Both the position numbers and the translations under genes were made by a program. DNA of 64,000 nucleotides from Planctomycetia bacterium (GTDB taxonomy: Bacteria > Planctomycetota > Planctomycetia > Pirellulales > UBA1268), in contig JAPLNQ010000163.1 in NCBI GenBank assembly GCA_026401075.1, positions 498-64,497 on the forward strand, read 5' to 3'. Of this stretch, positions 9,311-18,942 are shown piece by piece (the first letter of the stretch is position 1; each line of letters begins with the position of its first letter). The notes beneath the pieces were generated by a model, which was not told the origin of the DNA, did not search any database, and worked only from the letters and a program-made list of their open reading frames with translations.

Positions 9311-10096
9311 ATGGCACGTGGCGATCGCCTGCGGGTGGAACGACGGCTGGCCGGTTCGACGGTGGTGTACATGCACCACGGCATCGACGTCGGCGACGGG
9401 ACGGTCGTGCATGCGCGGCCGGACGACTTCCGCAGCCCGCTGGCGGGCGGCCGTGTGGAACGCACGAGCCGGGCGGAATTCGCCGGCGGCGGCACGGTGC
9501 TCGTGACGACGGAACCGCCCGCGGACTATCCGCCGGACGAGATCGTCGCGCGAGCGCTCGACCATGTCGGCCGGGAGGGCTACTGCCTGGTGGTCGACAA
9601 CTGCGAACACTTCGCCACCTGGTGTGCGACCGGCAAACGGACGAGCCGGCAGGTCGACATCGTGCTGTCGAGGGTCAGCGGCGCGGCGGCGCGGATCGCG
9701 GCATTCGTGTCGGCCCGCAGGCTGCTGGCAAACGCAGCCGCCGGCGCCGCCGAACGAATCGCCGTTCAGACAGCCCTGGGCATTTCAGCGCGAACCACAG
9801 TACGGCTGGGCCTGCGGACGCTCGTGCCGGCGGCCATCGCCGGAGAGGCTGCGGCCCTGGCCGCTGAATGGACGGCCCATCATGCCGGCCGATCCGCCGC
9901 CGACAGCCGCCGGGCCGGCGAGGCCGCCGGACTCGCCACATCGGCGGCGGCATGCGCGCTGGCCGGTCTTCCGGCCGGGCCGGGCGGCGTGATCGCCGGG
10001 GCGGTCGCGGGGGCCGCGGTCTGGGCCAGTGGCGGGCTGGTCACGCAGGCGGCCACGGCTGCCGTCGGCGTCAGTCGCGGTCGTGGTAGTCGGTGA
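9311..10096 (+). CDS. LRAT/NlpC-P60 superfamily (NC-domain) protein with Ala/Gly-rich hydrophobic C-terminal half
   Basis: [16 protein letters not shown] (conserved His) and [15 protein letters not shown] (the NCEHF catalytic Cys motif of the LRAT/H-rev107 family). The C-terminal ~140 aa are Ala/Gly rich with hydrophobic stretches. Confidence 0.7.
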   Translation: MARGDRLRVERRLAGSTVVYMHHGIDVGDGTVVHARPDDFRSPLAGGRVERTSRAEFAGGGTVLVTTEPPADYPPDEIVARALDHVGREGYCLVVDNCEHFATWCATGKRTSRQVDIVLSRVSGAAARIAAFVSARRLLANAAAGAAERIAVQTALGISARTTVRLGLRTLVPAAIAGEAAALAAEWTAHHAGRSAADSRRAGEAAGLATSAAACALAGLPAGPGGVIAGAVAGAAVWASGGLVTQAATAAVGVSRGRGSR

Positions 10097-12044
10097 GCGG
10101 TCCGGGCGTCCATGAGACGCGCAGCGCGTTGAGCACCGCCACCACGTCGATCGCCTCCTGAAGGAGCGCGCCCATCGCGGGCGACAAAAACCCCGCGGCC
10201 GCGAAGCCCATGCCGATCACGCTTGCCGCCATGCCCCCCACGGCGCTTTGCAGCGCGATCGACCGCAGCCGGCGGCCGATGTGTAGCAGTTCGTCGATGC
10301 GTTCGAGTGCCGTGTCCATCACGACGGCGCCGGCCGCCTCGCTGGTCACGTCGCTGGCCGCGCCCATCGCGATGCCGACCGTCGCCGCCGCGAGCGCCGG
10401 CGCATCATTGATCCCATCTCCGACAAACAAGGTCGGCGCCTCGGCCGTCGCCTCCTCCACGATCTTCAGCTTGCCCTCGGGCTGGATGCCGGCATGCACC
10501 TCGGTGATGCCGACCAGATCGGCGAGCCACCGCACTTCGCTCTCGCGGTCTCCGGAGACGAGCATCACGCGGGAGAGGCCGTGGGCCGGTTTCAAATGGC
10601 TGACGAACGGCCGGCCATCGGCCCGCGGCGAGTCGCGGAAGCGGAGCAGGGCCTCGGTCTTGCCGTCCACCACGACCACGCATTCAAGACCGCCGGCCAC
10701 GGGCGGCAGTTTCGCGACTCCCGCGGCATCGACGTTGGGGAGTTTCTGGCGGCTGGTGATCGCCACCTCGTGCACCGTGCTGTCGCCGTTCAACTGCTTC
10801 ACCTGGCCGACGAGCCCCTGCCCGGGCTTCTCGGCCAAGGCCTCGACCTCGAGCACGCGGAGCGATTCCTTCGCGGCGGACTGCACGACGGCTGCGGAGA
10901 GCGGGTGCTTCGAGTAGGTTTCGAGACTGGCGGCCAGCGATAGCACGTCGGCCCGGGACAAGCCGCCGAGGAGCACGACGTCGGTGAGACTGGGCTCGCC
11001 GTAGGTGAGCGTGCCCGTCTTGTCGAAGATGGCGATGCGGCAGGTGTCGAGCCGTTCGAGGATGGCCGGGTCGCGGATCACGATGCCACGCTTGGCGGCC
11101 AGCGACACGGCGCCGATGATCGCCACCGGGATCGCGATCAGGAGCGGGCACGGGGTGGCGACGACGAGCACCGCGAGAAACCGCGTGGCGCTGCCGCTGA
11201 ACCACCATGCGGCGGCCGCGATCGCCACGGCCAGCGGCGTGTAAAAGGCGCCGAGCTTGTCGGCCATTCGCCGCAGTTGCGGCCGGTGCTCCTCACTCGA
11301 GCGGAGCACGTCCATGATCTTGGCGTAGCGGCTGTCGCCGGCCACGCGGTCGGTGCGAATCTCGAGGGCGGCCTGCCCGTTGATCGCACCGGAGAGCGCG
11401 GCCGATCCCGGAGCCTTCGCCATCCTGTAGGGCTCGCCAGTGAGATAACTCTCATCCATCGACCCGCGGCCCGACACCACCGTGCCGTCCACCGGACAGA
11501 TCTCGTGTGGCAGCACGACAACAAGATCGCCCACGGCAACCTCCGAGAGCATGATGTCGGCCAGGCCGGCAGCCGTCTTGCGATGGGCGAGCGTCGGCAT
11601 CCGCCGGGCCAGAGCGTTGAGCACATCGCCGGCCCGGCTGATGGCACGCGACTCGAGCGCCTCGCCCCCCGAAAGCATCAGCACGACGAGCACGCCGGCG
11701 AGGTATTCACCCAAGAGAATGCTCGTGATGATCGACAGGCCGGCCAGCAGATCAGAGCCAAACGTGCCCGCACAGAGCTTGCGCAGCAGATCCCAGACCA
11801 GCGGCACGCCCCCCGCGACGAGCATCACCACCAGCGGCAGATCGGCCAGCGTGAGGCCGCGTCCAGGAAACCAGCGGGCGGGATCGAGCGGCCCAAGCGC
11901 CACCGACTCTCCGCCCCGGCCCGACCAGGTGATCAGGGCCCAGGCGGCCAGGGCAAGCAATGCTCCGACTGCGATTAGCTCATTGATCGGCAGCGGGCGG
12001 ATGGCTGGCTGGCTGGGTGCGTGAGGGGCTGCGGGAGTGTTCAT
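10071..12044 (-). CDS. P1B-type heavy-metal translocating P-type ATPase (TPCP transmembrane motif, no N-terminal metal-binding domain)
   Basis: Track ORF 10071..12143. Motifs: [24 protein letters not shown], and [15 protein letters not shown] in the metal-binding TM helix. The start is set at ATG 12044 (MNTPAAP...) because the upstream part of the ORF overlaps repeat copy B. Confidence 0.85.
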   Translation of the reverse strand: MNTPAAPHAPSQPAIRPLPINELIAVGALLALAAWALITWSGRGGESVALGPLDPARWFPGRGLTLADLPLVVMLVAGGVPLVWDLLRKLCAGTFGSDLLAGLSIITSILLGEYLAGVLVVLMLSGGEALESRAISRAGDVLNALARRMPTLAHRKTAAGLADIMLSEVAVGDLVVVLPHEICPVDGTVVSGRGSMDESYLTGEPYRMAKAPGSAALSGAINGQAALEIRTDRVAGDSRYAKIMDVLRSSEEHRPQLRRMADKLGAFYTPLAVAIAAAAWWFSGSATRFLAVLVVATPCPLLIAIPVAIIGAVSLAAKRGIVIRDPAILERLDTCRIAIFDKTGTLTYGEPSLTDVVLLGGLSRADVLSLAASLETYSKHPLSAAVVQSAAKESLRVLEVEALAEKPGQGLVGQVKQLNGDSTVHEVAITSRQKLPNVDAAGVAKLPPVAGGLECVVVVDGKTEALLRFRDSPRADGRPFVSHLKPAHGLSRVMLVSGDRESEVRWLADLVGITEVHAGIQPEGKLKIVEEATAEAPTLFVGDGINDAPALAAATVGIAMGAASDVTSEAAGAVVMDTALERIDELLHIGRRLRSIALQSAVGGMAASVIGMGFAAAGFLSPAMGALLQEAIDVVAVLNALRVSWTPGPLTDYHDRD

Positions 12045-12093
12045 TCGAAGCGGGCCTCTGGATGTCGTGGCGATGCAGCGTGGTGTTCTGGGA

Positions 12094-12165
12094 CGTGGCC
12101 GCGAGTTTGCAACTTGCGGAATCTGTACCGCAGCAACGGGCAAGTTGAAAACTTGCCACCACAGG
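12094..12165. repeat. Double-hairpin intergenic repeat, family 1, copy B
   Basis: cgtggCCGCGAGTTtgcAACTTGCGGaatctgtaccgcagcaacGGGCAAGTTgaaAACTTGCCaccacagg. Lies between the miaE stop and the ATPase start. Confidence 0.85.
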
Positions 12166-12216
12166 GGAGAGGTGCGTCACACGTCGAGCGTGCCTCAAGA
12201 ATGTCCCCCTTTCAGG

Positions 12217-12792
12217 TCAACTGTGCATGCGGGCGACCGGATCGCCCTGGGCAATGATCGCGGCTTCCTCGGCCGCGAGCCAATGAAGCCGTTCTCGGAC
12301 GGTTTCCTCCGGGGCCACGTCACAGGCGAGACGGACATACGTGGCGTGGTGCCGGGCCTCCGATTCGAACAGGCTGCCATAGAATTCCTGCAGCTCCGCG
12401 TCGTCCACATGGTCGCGCAGGACCGCAAACCGCTCACAGCTGCGGGCCTCGATGAGCCCGGCCACGAGGAGCCGGTCGACGGCCCTGGCCGGCTCCTCCT
12501 TGCGGACAATCGCGTGGAGTCGCTGGCCGTAGCTCGAGGGCGAAAGCTTCCGGAAGCGGATGCCCCGCCGCTCGAGCAGGTCGAGCACAAGGTGAAAATG
12601 CGCCAGTTCCTCAGTGACGATCTCGGTCATCGCGCGAGCCAGCGGCACATGATCAACATAGGAAAAGAGCAGGTTCATCGCCACACCCGCCGCCTTCTTC
12701 TCGCAGTGCGCGTGGTCGATCAGGATCTCGTCGAGGTGGGCGTCGACCTGGGCGAGCCAGCGGGCGTCGGAGGCGGATTGCAGGCTGAGCAT
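12217..12792 (-). CDS. miaE: tRNA-(ms2io6A)-hydroxylase MiaE-like di-iron protein
   Basis: 191 aa. DHAHCEKKAA...EELAHFHLVLDLL...EARSCERF...ESEARHH is the pattern of ferritin-like di-iron ligands typical of MiaE. Confidence 0.75.
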   Translation of the reverse strand: MLSLQSASDARWLAQVDAHLDEILIDHAHCEKKAAGVAMNLLFSYVDHVPLARAMTEIVTEELAHFHLVLDLLERRGIRFRKLSPSSYGQRLHAIVRKEEPARAVDRLLVAGLIEARSCERFAVLRDHVDDAELQEFYGSLFESEARHHATYVRLACDVAPEETVRERLHWLAAEEAAIIAQGDPVARMHS

Positions 12793-12885
12793 GGCACGGT
12801 GGATGGCGGGGCGGCGTGAAACCGGGCATCATACCGTCTGAGCCCCATCTCCCGACCCCTCGCCCAACACGCCGGAACCAGCCGC

Positions 12886-13296
12886 ATGATCGCCTTCGAC
12901 CGTCCTGCCGATGCCCACCCCGGCAAGAAACCCGACCGCAACGTGCTGGGGCTGCCGCTGGCACCCTGTTCCCGCGAGCCTCTCACGGGCTTCTTCCGTG
13001 ATGGCTGCTGCCGCACCGGGCCCGACGACGTCGGCGTGCACACGGTCTGTGCAGTGATGACGAAGGACTTCCTCAAGTTCACCGTCGCCGCCGGGAACGA
13101 CCTGGTGACACCGCGGCCGGAGTGGGGCTTCCCGGGGCTCGTCGAGGGGGATCGTTGGTGCCTCTGCGCCTCCCGCTGGCTGGAGGCGGCGCGGGAGGGT
13201 CGGGCGCCGCCGGTGGTGCTCGAGGCGACGCATGAAAAGTCGCTCGAGGTCGTACCCTTCGAACTGCTCAAGAAGCACGCCGTCACGTCCGCCTGA
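12886..13296 (+). CDS. DUF2237 family protein
   Basis: 136 aa. TGFFRDGCCRTGPDDVGVHTVCAVMT..FL and GDRWCLCASRW motifs are characteristic of the DUF2237 family (recalled). Confidence 0.7.
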   Translation: MIAFDRPADAHPGKKPDRNVLGLPLAPCSREPLTGFFRDGCCRTGPDDVGVHTVCAVMTKDFLKFTVAAGNDLVTPRPEWGFPGLVEGDRWCLCASRWLEAAREGRAPPVVLEATHEKSLEVVPFELLKKHAVTSA

Positions 13297-13320
13297 CCGG
13301 CGATACCGCCACGGGAGACG

Positions 13321-14046
13321 TCACGTCTTCGACGACGTGCCCGGTTCCTGCTTCGGTGCCGGCGGCGGTCGTCTCACCTTGAGAAGGAATGGTCCGGCCT
13401 CTGTGTCGACTTGCAGGGGCGTCGTCTTGAAGTCCGTGTACTCAGGCGGGACGACATCCTCGGGTAACGGACGCCGGTTGTCGCCGCTGATGAGAACCTT
13501 GTGTGACCCCTTGACGAGCCCATCGCCAGGCTTGTGGCTCGTCGTGGACTGAAAAGTGCCGGTCTTCGGATCGACGGAGGCGATGCCGGGACGTGGGTGC
13601 GTGCGAGGGCTGTGGGGTGGCGCCATCGAGATGAATGTCAACGTCAACGCCCCCGCAGGAATCACCCCACCATCCTCGTACAGAACGGTTCCCGAGACAC
13701 GTCGATACGAGAACGGATCGTCATCTCCACGGGAAAAAAGCCTGCTGACGAACGCCGCGCACACGACAACCCCCGCGATACCAAAAACCAGCATCGGCAG
13801 CGATAGGGAACGACGGGCGTCGGCGGACCGACTTGCACTCCTGGCGGTGGCGGCGAAGCCTTTGCTTACAATTTCAGGCACCTCGCCCACCGGCATCCAG
13901 TCCTCCATGCCATCCCGCCACACCAGTGACTCCACCGTCAACGCGCCGCCTTCGACCATGTTGCGCAGTCGTCCAGCGGACACGGGCCCCAACTTGGTGC
14001 CCCCAGCCTTGCAAAACCACCGATCCGACGCGTGTGTTGAAGTCAT
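13321..14046 (-). CDS. GYF_2 (DUF4339) domain membrane protein
   Basis: Track ORF 13321..14394. The start is set at ATG 14046 (MTSTHASDRWFCKAGGTKLGPVSAGRLRNMVEGGALTVESLVWRDGMEDWMPVGEVPE, a GYF_2-like domain). One TM helix follows (LPMLVFGIAGVVVCAAFV), then a short beta-rich C-terminal domain. Confidence 0.65.
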   Translation of the reverse strand: MTSTHASDRWFCKAGGTKLGPVSAGRLRNMVEGGALTVESLVWRDGMEDWMPVGEVPEIVSKGFAATARSASRSADARRSLSLPMLVFGIAGVVVCAAFVSRLFSRGDDDPFSYRRVSGTVLYEDGGVIPAGALTLTFISMAPPHSPRTHPRPGIASVDPKTGTFQSTTSHKPGDGLVKGSHKVLISGDNRRPLPEDVVPPEYTDFKTTPLQVDTEAGPFLLKVRRPPPAPKQEPGTSSKT

Positions 14047-14152
14047 GCAAGAGCCCCGTTTTGAGTTTGAATGGCGCTTGTTCGTCGATGCTGACAAACC
14101 ATCACACGGCCTGCTCGTGCGGCCCGCCGCGTGCAGACAGACTGTCCACGAG

Positions 14153-15244
14153 TCAGTAGGTCGATTCCGACACCGACTGGCCGTCATTCGAGACCATGAT
14201 TCGATCCCATACCGACAGGTTGCCGATCGAACTCGGCAGGATCTGAATGAAATCGGTAATCCATCGAACCGATCCATCCGCCATGGCCACAAACACGCCG
14301 CCGGCGTGCATGCTCCGAGCCGTCTGCTGCATGTTGACCCATGGCCCGTATGACACGGGCATGCCGGCGGCAACCAGGGCGTCTTGACCGCCAAAGGTGC
14401 CGATCAACTCTGGCGAAGTACAAATGTCGTCGGCTGCGAAATACCAGCAGTTCGGCCCGTAGTCATCGCCCATGACGCCGCCGTGCGCCCACAGGGATGA
14501 AGAGGACTTGCCCAGTGCCCACACGCCCCGCGGATCGGAATCGGCGACGCCGGCCCGAAGCTCCGCGATCAAGACCGTTTTGCTCGTGCCATCGAGCAGC
14601 TGCTGATGCTTGACGGCCGTGTTGCCACCCATGACCCCGGGCAGGCTTTTCCAATAGGCCTCTTCCGCGCCACCCGCCGAATCAGGCCAGCCATAGTTGG
14701 CGAAACCGAGAGACCCGTTCGCCCCGTAGGTACCTCTGGCCCAACCATCGCCCAGAGATACCGTGGATGGACTGCTCGTTCCCCGAAAGGGTTGATGGAT
14801 ATTCGTATCCGACGGGCACTGGATGAAAGCCAGCCGTGCCCCACGTGCCCCCTTATTGGAGTCGTCGGCCATTGGTTTACTCGTGTCGATGCTGTTCCGG
14901 ACGGCGATTTCCTCAGCAAAAGCCAGGATGTTGACGACCCAATTCGGGCCAAGATTGGCGAGTTCCTCCATCCGGTTCGGGTTACCGTTGCCCGACGTTG
15001 AATAGTCATTCACGTGCGTGTAGGCGGCGGGGAAACGCTTGTAGCTACCTTCATAATTGAGAACCGCCAGCCCCAGTTGCTTCAAATTATTCTGACACGA
15101 TGCACGTCGGGCCGCCTCCCGGGCCGATTGAACCGCCGGAAGCAGCAACCCCACCAGGGTGCCGATGATGGCAATCACCACCAGCAGTTCGACGAGCGTG
15201 AAGGCCCTCCTGCCGATGGTCGAGTGATGGCTTCTATCGAGCAT
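14153..15244 (-). CDS. DUF1559 domain protein with prepilin-type N-terminal cleavage/methylation segment
   Basis: [54 protein letters not shown] is the hallmark planctomycetal DUF1559 N-terminus. The start is set at ATG 15244 (alternative 15268). Confidence 0.9.
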   Translation of the reverse strand: MLDRSHHSTIGRRAFTLVELLVVIAIIGTLVGLLLPAVQSAREAARRASCQNNLKQLGLAVLNYEGSYKRFPAAYTHVNDYSTSGNGNPNRMEELANLGPNWVVNILAFAEEIAVRNSIDTSKPMADDSNKGARGARLAFIQCPSDTNIHQPFRGTSSPSTVSLGDGWARGTYGANGSLGFANYGWPDSAGGAEEAYWKSLPGVMGGNTAVKHQQLLDGTSKTVLIAELRAGVADSDPRGVWALGKSSSSLWAHGGVMGDDYGPNCWYFAADDICTSPELIGTFGGQDALVAAGMPVSYGPWVNMQQTARSMHAGGVFVAMADGSVRWITDFIQILPSSIGNLSVWDRIMVSNDGQSVSESTY

Positions 15245-15515
15245 GGCTGGCCACTCCTGTGTCTGCATGGCTGGCTGGGATAGGGCGTATGGGGGGGTCT
15301 CTTCCGCCGCACGCCATTGCATGCGGGGGGTAGCCACCCATATCAGCGAGAAATTGCTGTGCCGGGGGCCATCCAACCGCTTCTACGACGCCTCGCGGAG
15401 GCGAATCTGTGGCGGCCACGGGGAAATACCGGGCTCCTTTGGCCCCCCGCCGATCCCGTACACTTCCACTTTTTCGGTGGAGGACGGGATCACGCCCGCC
15501 TGAGCATACAGCCGC

Positions 15516-16277
15516 ATGCATGCGATCCTGCCAGTGGCGATCGGGCTCGTCGCCCTGCTCTATGCGTCCGTCGGCCATGCCGGGGCGACGGGCTACATCG
15601 CTGTGATGACGCTCCTGGGCATGCCATCCGCGGTGGTTCGGCCGACGGCGCTGTTGCTCAACGTGATCGTGGCGACGATCGCGAGCGTCCAATTCATCCG
15701 TGCCGGGCACTTTCGATCGCGGCTCTTCTGGCCGCTGGCCGTGGCGAGCGTGCCGTGCGCGTTCGTCGGCGGCACGCTCACCCTGCCCACGGCCGCATTC
15801 GAGGCGGTGCTCGGCGGCGTGCTGCTGGCGTCGGCGGCACGGATGCTGCTCGATGCCCGTAGGCCGATGTCCGCGGATTCCCCGACGGTCGAACCACTCG
15901 ACGCCAACCACCCGCCCATGGTGTGGGCGGCGATCGGCGGCATGATCGGTCTCTTGTCGGGTCTCACCGGAGTGGGCGGCGGCGTGTTTCTGACGCCGGC
16001 GCTGCTGGCACTTGGTGCTGCTCCACTCAAGACCATCGCCGCCGTGACGGCGCCCTTCATTCTCGTCAATTCGCTGGCGGGACTGGGTGGCGGCCTGCTC
16101 GCCGGTCGACCGTTTCCGGCCGCCGGCCTGCCGGTGATCGCAGCCGCGGTGCTCGGCGGCGTGATCGGCTCGCACGTCGGCGCGTTCCGCCTGCCGGCGC
16201 GCACCCTGCGACTGCTGATGGCAGCCGTGCTCGCATTTGCGAGCGTCAAGCTGCTCGGCCGGCCGCTGGGTCTGTGA
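15516..16277 (+). CDS. TauE/SafE (DUF81) family sulfite/anion exporter-like membrane protein
   Basis: 253 aa and polytopic. The G-rich internal repeats (GLTGVGGGVFLTPALL) are typical of the family. Confidence 0.75.
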   Translation: MHAILPVAIGLVALLYASVGHAGATGYIAVMTLLGMPSAVVRPTALLLNVIVATIASVQFIRAGHFRSRLFWPLAVASVPCAFVGGTLTLPTAAFEAVLGGVLLASAARMLLDARRPMSADSPTVEPLDANHPPMVWAAIGGMIGLLSGLTGVGGGVFLTPALLALGAAPLKTIAAVTAPFILVNSLAGLGGGLLAGRPFPAAGLPVIAAAVLGGVIGSHVGAFRLPARTLRLLMAAVLAFASVKLLGRPLGL

Positions 16278-16322
16278 ACGAAAGGTCAAGGATCGCAAGC
16301 ACGGCAGTTGTTGTGCTTTCAT

Positions 16323-16393
16323 CCGTGGCAACAAGATTGCATCTTGTTGGGCTCGGGGCCGCATTCGGCAAGTTGAAAACTTGCCGCCACGGG
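16323..16393. repeat. Double-hairpin intergenic repeat, family 1, copy C
   Basis: ccgtggCAACAAGATtgcATCTTGTTGggctcggggccgcattcGGCAAGTTgaaAACTTGCCgccacggg. The first hairpin keeps its pairing through compensatory changes relative to copy A. Confidence 0.8.
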
Positions 16394-16571
16394 CGGAAGG
16401 CAACAGCCACGCCGCACAGATCGTCAGGATACGAAAGCGAACGTCCGGCGACGGGGCATGGGCAGCCCCGGCCGCTTCGGAGTTTGGGCTCAGTGTCCGC
16501 CCGCCGAGCTGCGAAGAAAGCTCGTGCCGACCACTTCGGCCGCGATCACGATCATCAGGTACAACCACGAC

Positions 16572-17954
16572 ATGTCGTCAGGCTCCTCGACATCGATCCC
16601 GATCCAGCACACAAAGGCACTCACGATGATGCACGAGCACCACCGCACCACGCCCGACGGCCGCACGCTCGACGCCATCCTGGCCAACGCGAGCGCCGAG
16701 ACACGGGCAACGATCGGCGTGCTGGGAGAAATCCTGGGACAGCAGCCGGCGTCGGCCCTGTCGCCGACGGCGTTTGCCATTCTCCATCTGGGCGTCGATG
16801 CCACGCTTCTCGCGAGCACCAAGTATTCCGGTCCCAGTACATCGCTGGCGATCCTGGGCAACCTGCTGCGGATCGAAATGGAACGCCACTCGGGCGCCGT
16901 CATCATCGGCTCACCCGGCGACGGCCTGCCTCCCACCTGGTCGCAGCTCGACCTTGGGGCCGACGACAAGGTCTCGGTGCCGGGGCGTCTCATCGCCTTC
17001 TTTCCCAGAGGCACGCTCGACTCCGAGCCCCTCTGCGTGCTCATGGACGACCGGTATTGGAGCCGGGAATTCGCCATCCTCTCGAGTTCCGCTGGTAAGC
17101 CTGCCGCGGAACTGGTGCTCAAGCAGTTCTGCGATCGGCTCAAGACCGTGGAGAATCCGCTGCGGGGACGGGTGCTCGAGGCCACGGTCGTCGAAGGCTG
17201 CCTGAAGCTTGGCATCACGCCGGCGCTGGCCAACCCGCGTGACAGCCTGATCCTACCCGCGGATATCTGGGCGGAGGTGGACGTGTTTCTCGCCGCGGCC
17301 ACGAGCCGCCGGGAGATCATGCGCCGCCTGGGTCTGGGCACCAACCGCGGCATGCTCGTGGCCGGGCCGCCCGGCGTCGGCAAAACGCACCTCGTCCGCG
17401 TGATCGCCAGCGAACTGGGCGACCGCTACACGACGATCCTCGCCGACGCCAACGCCATGCGGCACATGATCGCCGAACTCTACGCGGCGTCGGAGACCTT
17501 CGGCCCCACGCTCGTCGTGCTCGACGACATCGATCTGGTCCTCGGCCACCGCGATTCCAATGGTGACAACGGGGCGCTCGCCGACTTCCTCGCCACGCTC
17601 GACGGCGTGCTCGAGCGAGAGGCTATTCTCACGATCGCCACCACGAACGACCCCAAGGCCCTCGACCCCGCCGCCCAGCGCTCATCGCGGTTCGACATGG
17701 TCGTCACGCTGCCGATGCCCGACGAGGCCTCGCGGACCCGCATCCTCGAGCGTCATCTCGCACCGCTGGGGCTGGCGATCGATTACGACGCGGTGGCAAA
17801 GTCGCTGGAAGGGGCGACCGGGGCGGACGTGAAGGAAGTGGTCCGCCGCGCGGTGCTCGAATACGGCGAACACTTCACCCAGGCCCAGATCCTCGACATC
17901 ACGAAGACCGGCCGCTGGCAGGCCACTGTCAACCGCCGGCGGTATCTGTCGTAA
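16572..17954 (+). CDS. AAA+ ATPase (classic AAA/CDC48-like module) with uncharacterised ~230-aa N-terminal domain
   Basis: Walker A GPPGVGKTH, Walker B LVVLDDIDL, second region of homology ATTNDPKALDPAAQRSSRFD. The start is uncertain (ATG 16458, 16572 or 16626). Confidence 0.8.
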   Translation: MSSGSSTSIPIQHTKALTMMHEHHRTTPDGRTLDAILANASAETRATIGVLGEILGQQPASALSPTAFAILHLGVDATLLASTKYSGPSTSLAILGNLLRIEMERHSGAVIIGSPGDGLPPTWSQLDLGADDKVSVPGRLIAFFPRGTLDSEPLCVLMDDRYWSREFAILSSSAGKPAAELVLKQFCDRLKTVENPLRGRVLEATVVEGCLKLGITPALANPRDSLILPADIWAEVDVFLAAATSRREIMRRLGLGTNRGMLVAGPPGVGKTHLVRVIASELGDRYTTILADANAMRHMIAELYAASETFGPTLVVLDDIDLVLGHRDSNGDNGALADFLATLDGVLEREAILTIATTNDPKALDPAAQRSSRFDMVVTLPMPDEASRTRILERHLAPLGLAIDYDAVAKSLEGATGADVKEVVRRAVLEYGEHFTQAQILDITKTGRWQATVNRRRYLS

Positions 17955-17966
17955 CACGACGCCCGG

Positions 17967-18099
17967 GAAAATGGGGACGGGCTGTGCAAGGCCACCGTGG
18001 CGGCAAGTTTTCAACTTGTCCGTGACCCCGGCATCGGTTCAAAAGTTAAAAACTTGTGGCCACGGGTAGCAGCGAAAAATCGCTCCCGTCCCCATTTTC
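17967..18099. repeat. Composite repeat: family-2 arms flanking a family-1 element
   Basis: gaaaatggggacggg (17967-17981) ... family-1 copy D (17995-18065) ... aaaaatcgctcccgtccccattttc (18075-18099). The outer arms match the 25-bp inverted repeat at 44390-44472. Fills the convergent AAA/yraN intergenic gap. Confidence 0.75.
17995..18065. repeat. Double-hairpin intergenic repeat, family 1, copy D (inverted orientation)
   Basis: ccgtggcGGCAAGTTttcAACTTGTCcgtgaccccggcatcggttcAAAAGTTaaaAACTTGTGGccacgg. Confidence 0.85.
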
Positions 18100-18102
18100 C
18101 AG

Positions 18103-18483
18103 TCAGAGTGGGCTGTCAAAAGCGTTTTGAAAATGCTCGACGACCGGCCGTGACCCCGCGGGCCCGAATGTCACGGTCACAACGTCGATCCGCACCTGGC
18201 AGTCCTCGAGCCGGTGCCGACGAATGTAGGCGGTGGCCAGTTCGGCGATCCGCCGCTGCTTCTGAAAGCCGACCGTTTCCGCCGGATGGCCGTGGGTGGT
18301 GTCGGTCCGCGACCGCACCTCGACAAACACCACCGTGCGGCCATCGAGGGCGACGAGATCGATGTCGCCGCGCAGCACCCGCTCCCGTCGGCCGACGATC
18401 CGGTAGCCGAGTCCTTTGAGGAACTGCTCCGCCTCGGCCTCGCCATGTTGCCCGAGCGCCTGCCGTGGATCACGCGATGTCAT
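18103..18483 (-). CDS. yraN: YraN family (UPF0102) putative endonuclease
   Basis: 126 aa. GE..AE.FL...GY.I..RR.R...G-DIDLVA......VFVEVRSR pattern, in the conserved position after rplS. Confidence 0.8.
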   Translation of the reverse strand: MTSRDPRQALGQHGEAEAEQFLKGLGYRIVGRRERVLRGDIDLVALDGRTVVFVEVRSRTDTTHGHPAETVGFQKQRRIAELATAYIRRHRLEDCQVRIDVVTVTFGPAGSRPVVEHFQNAFDSPL

Positions 18484-18518
18484 GGCTACCGCCGGGACAC
18501 GGAGAAGGGCGAAGCTCG

Positions 18519-18932
18519 TCAGGACTTGGCGGCGGCCTTCTTGTTGGCCGCCTTCTTCGCGATCGCCTCGGCGGCGGCCACGTCGTCGCGCTTCTCGCGG
18601 AGACGCACCGACTTGCCGACCCGGTCGCGGAGGTAATAGAGCTTGGCACGCCGCGCCACGCCCGACCGCTTCACCTCGACCTTGGCGATCTTTGGTGAGT
18701 GGATGGGAAACTTCCGCTCGACGCCCTCGCCCGACACGATCCGCCGGACGGTGAAGGTCTCCCGGCTCCCGGAGCCGCTCTTGGCGATGACCACGCCATT
18801 GAAAATCTGGACGCGTTCCTTCTCACCTTCGAGGATGCGGGTGTGCACGTCGACGGTATCGCCGATGGCGAACTGGGGCACCTCCGACTTGAGGCTGGAG
18901 GCTTCGACTTTGGCGAGGATTTGCTGGCTCAC
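18519..18932 (-). CDS. rplS: 50S ribosomal protein L19
   Basis: Track ORF 18519..19169. GTG start at 18932, preceded by AAGGAG. Product VSQQILAKVEASSLKSEVPQFAIGDTVDVHTRILEGEKERVQIFNGVVIAKSGSGSRETFTVRRI..GVERKFPIHSP. Confidence 0.9.
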   Translation of the reverse strand: MSQQILAKVEASSLKSEVPQFAIGDTVDVHTRILEGEKERVQIFNGVVIAKSGSGSRETFTVRRIVSGEGVERKFPIHSPKIAKVEVKRSGVARRAKLYYLRDRVGKSVRLREKRDDVAAAEAIAKKAANKKAAAKS

Positions 18933-18942
18933 GACGGCTCCT

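Noticed and set aside
15395-15416. aatctgtggcggccacggggaaa resembles the terminal GCCGCCACGG of the family-1 repeat.
   Set aside because: Only the ~12-nt terminus matches and no hairpin unit is adjacent. It is probably chance or a highly degraded remnant.
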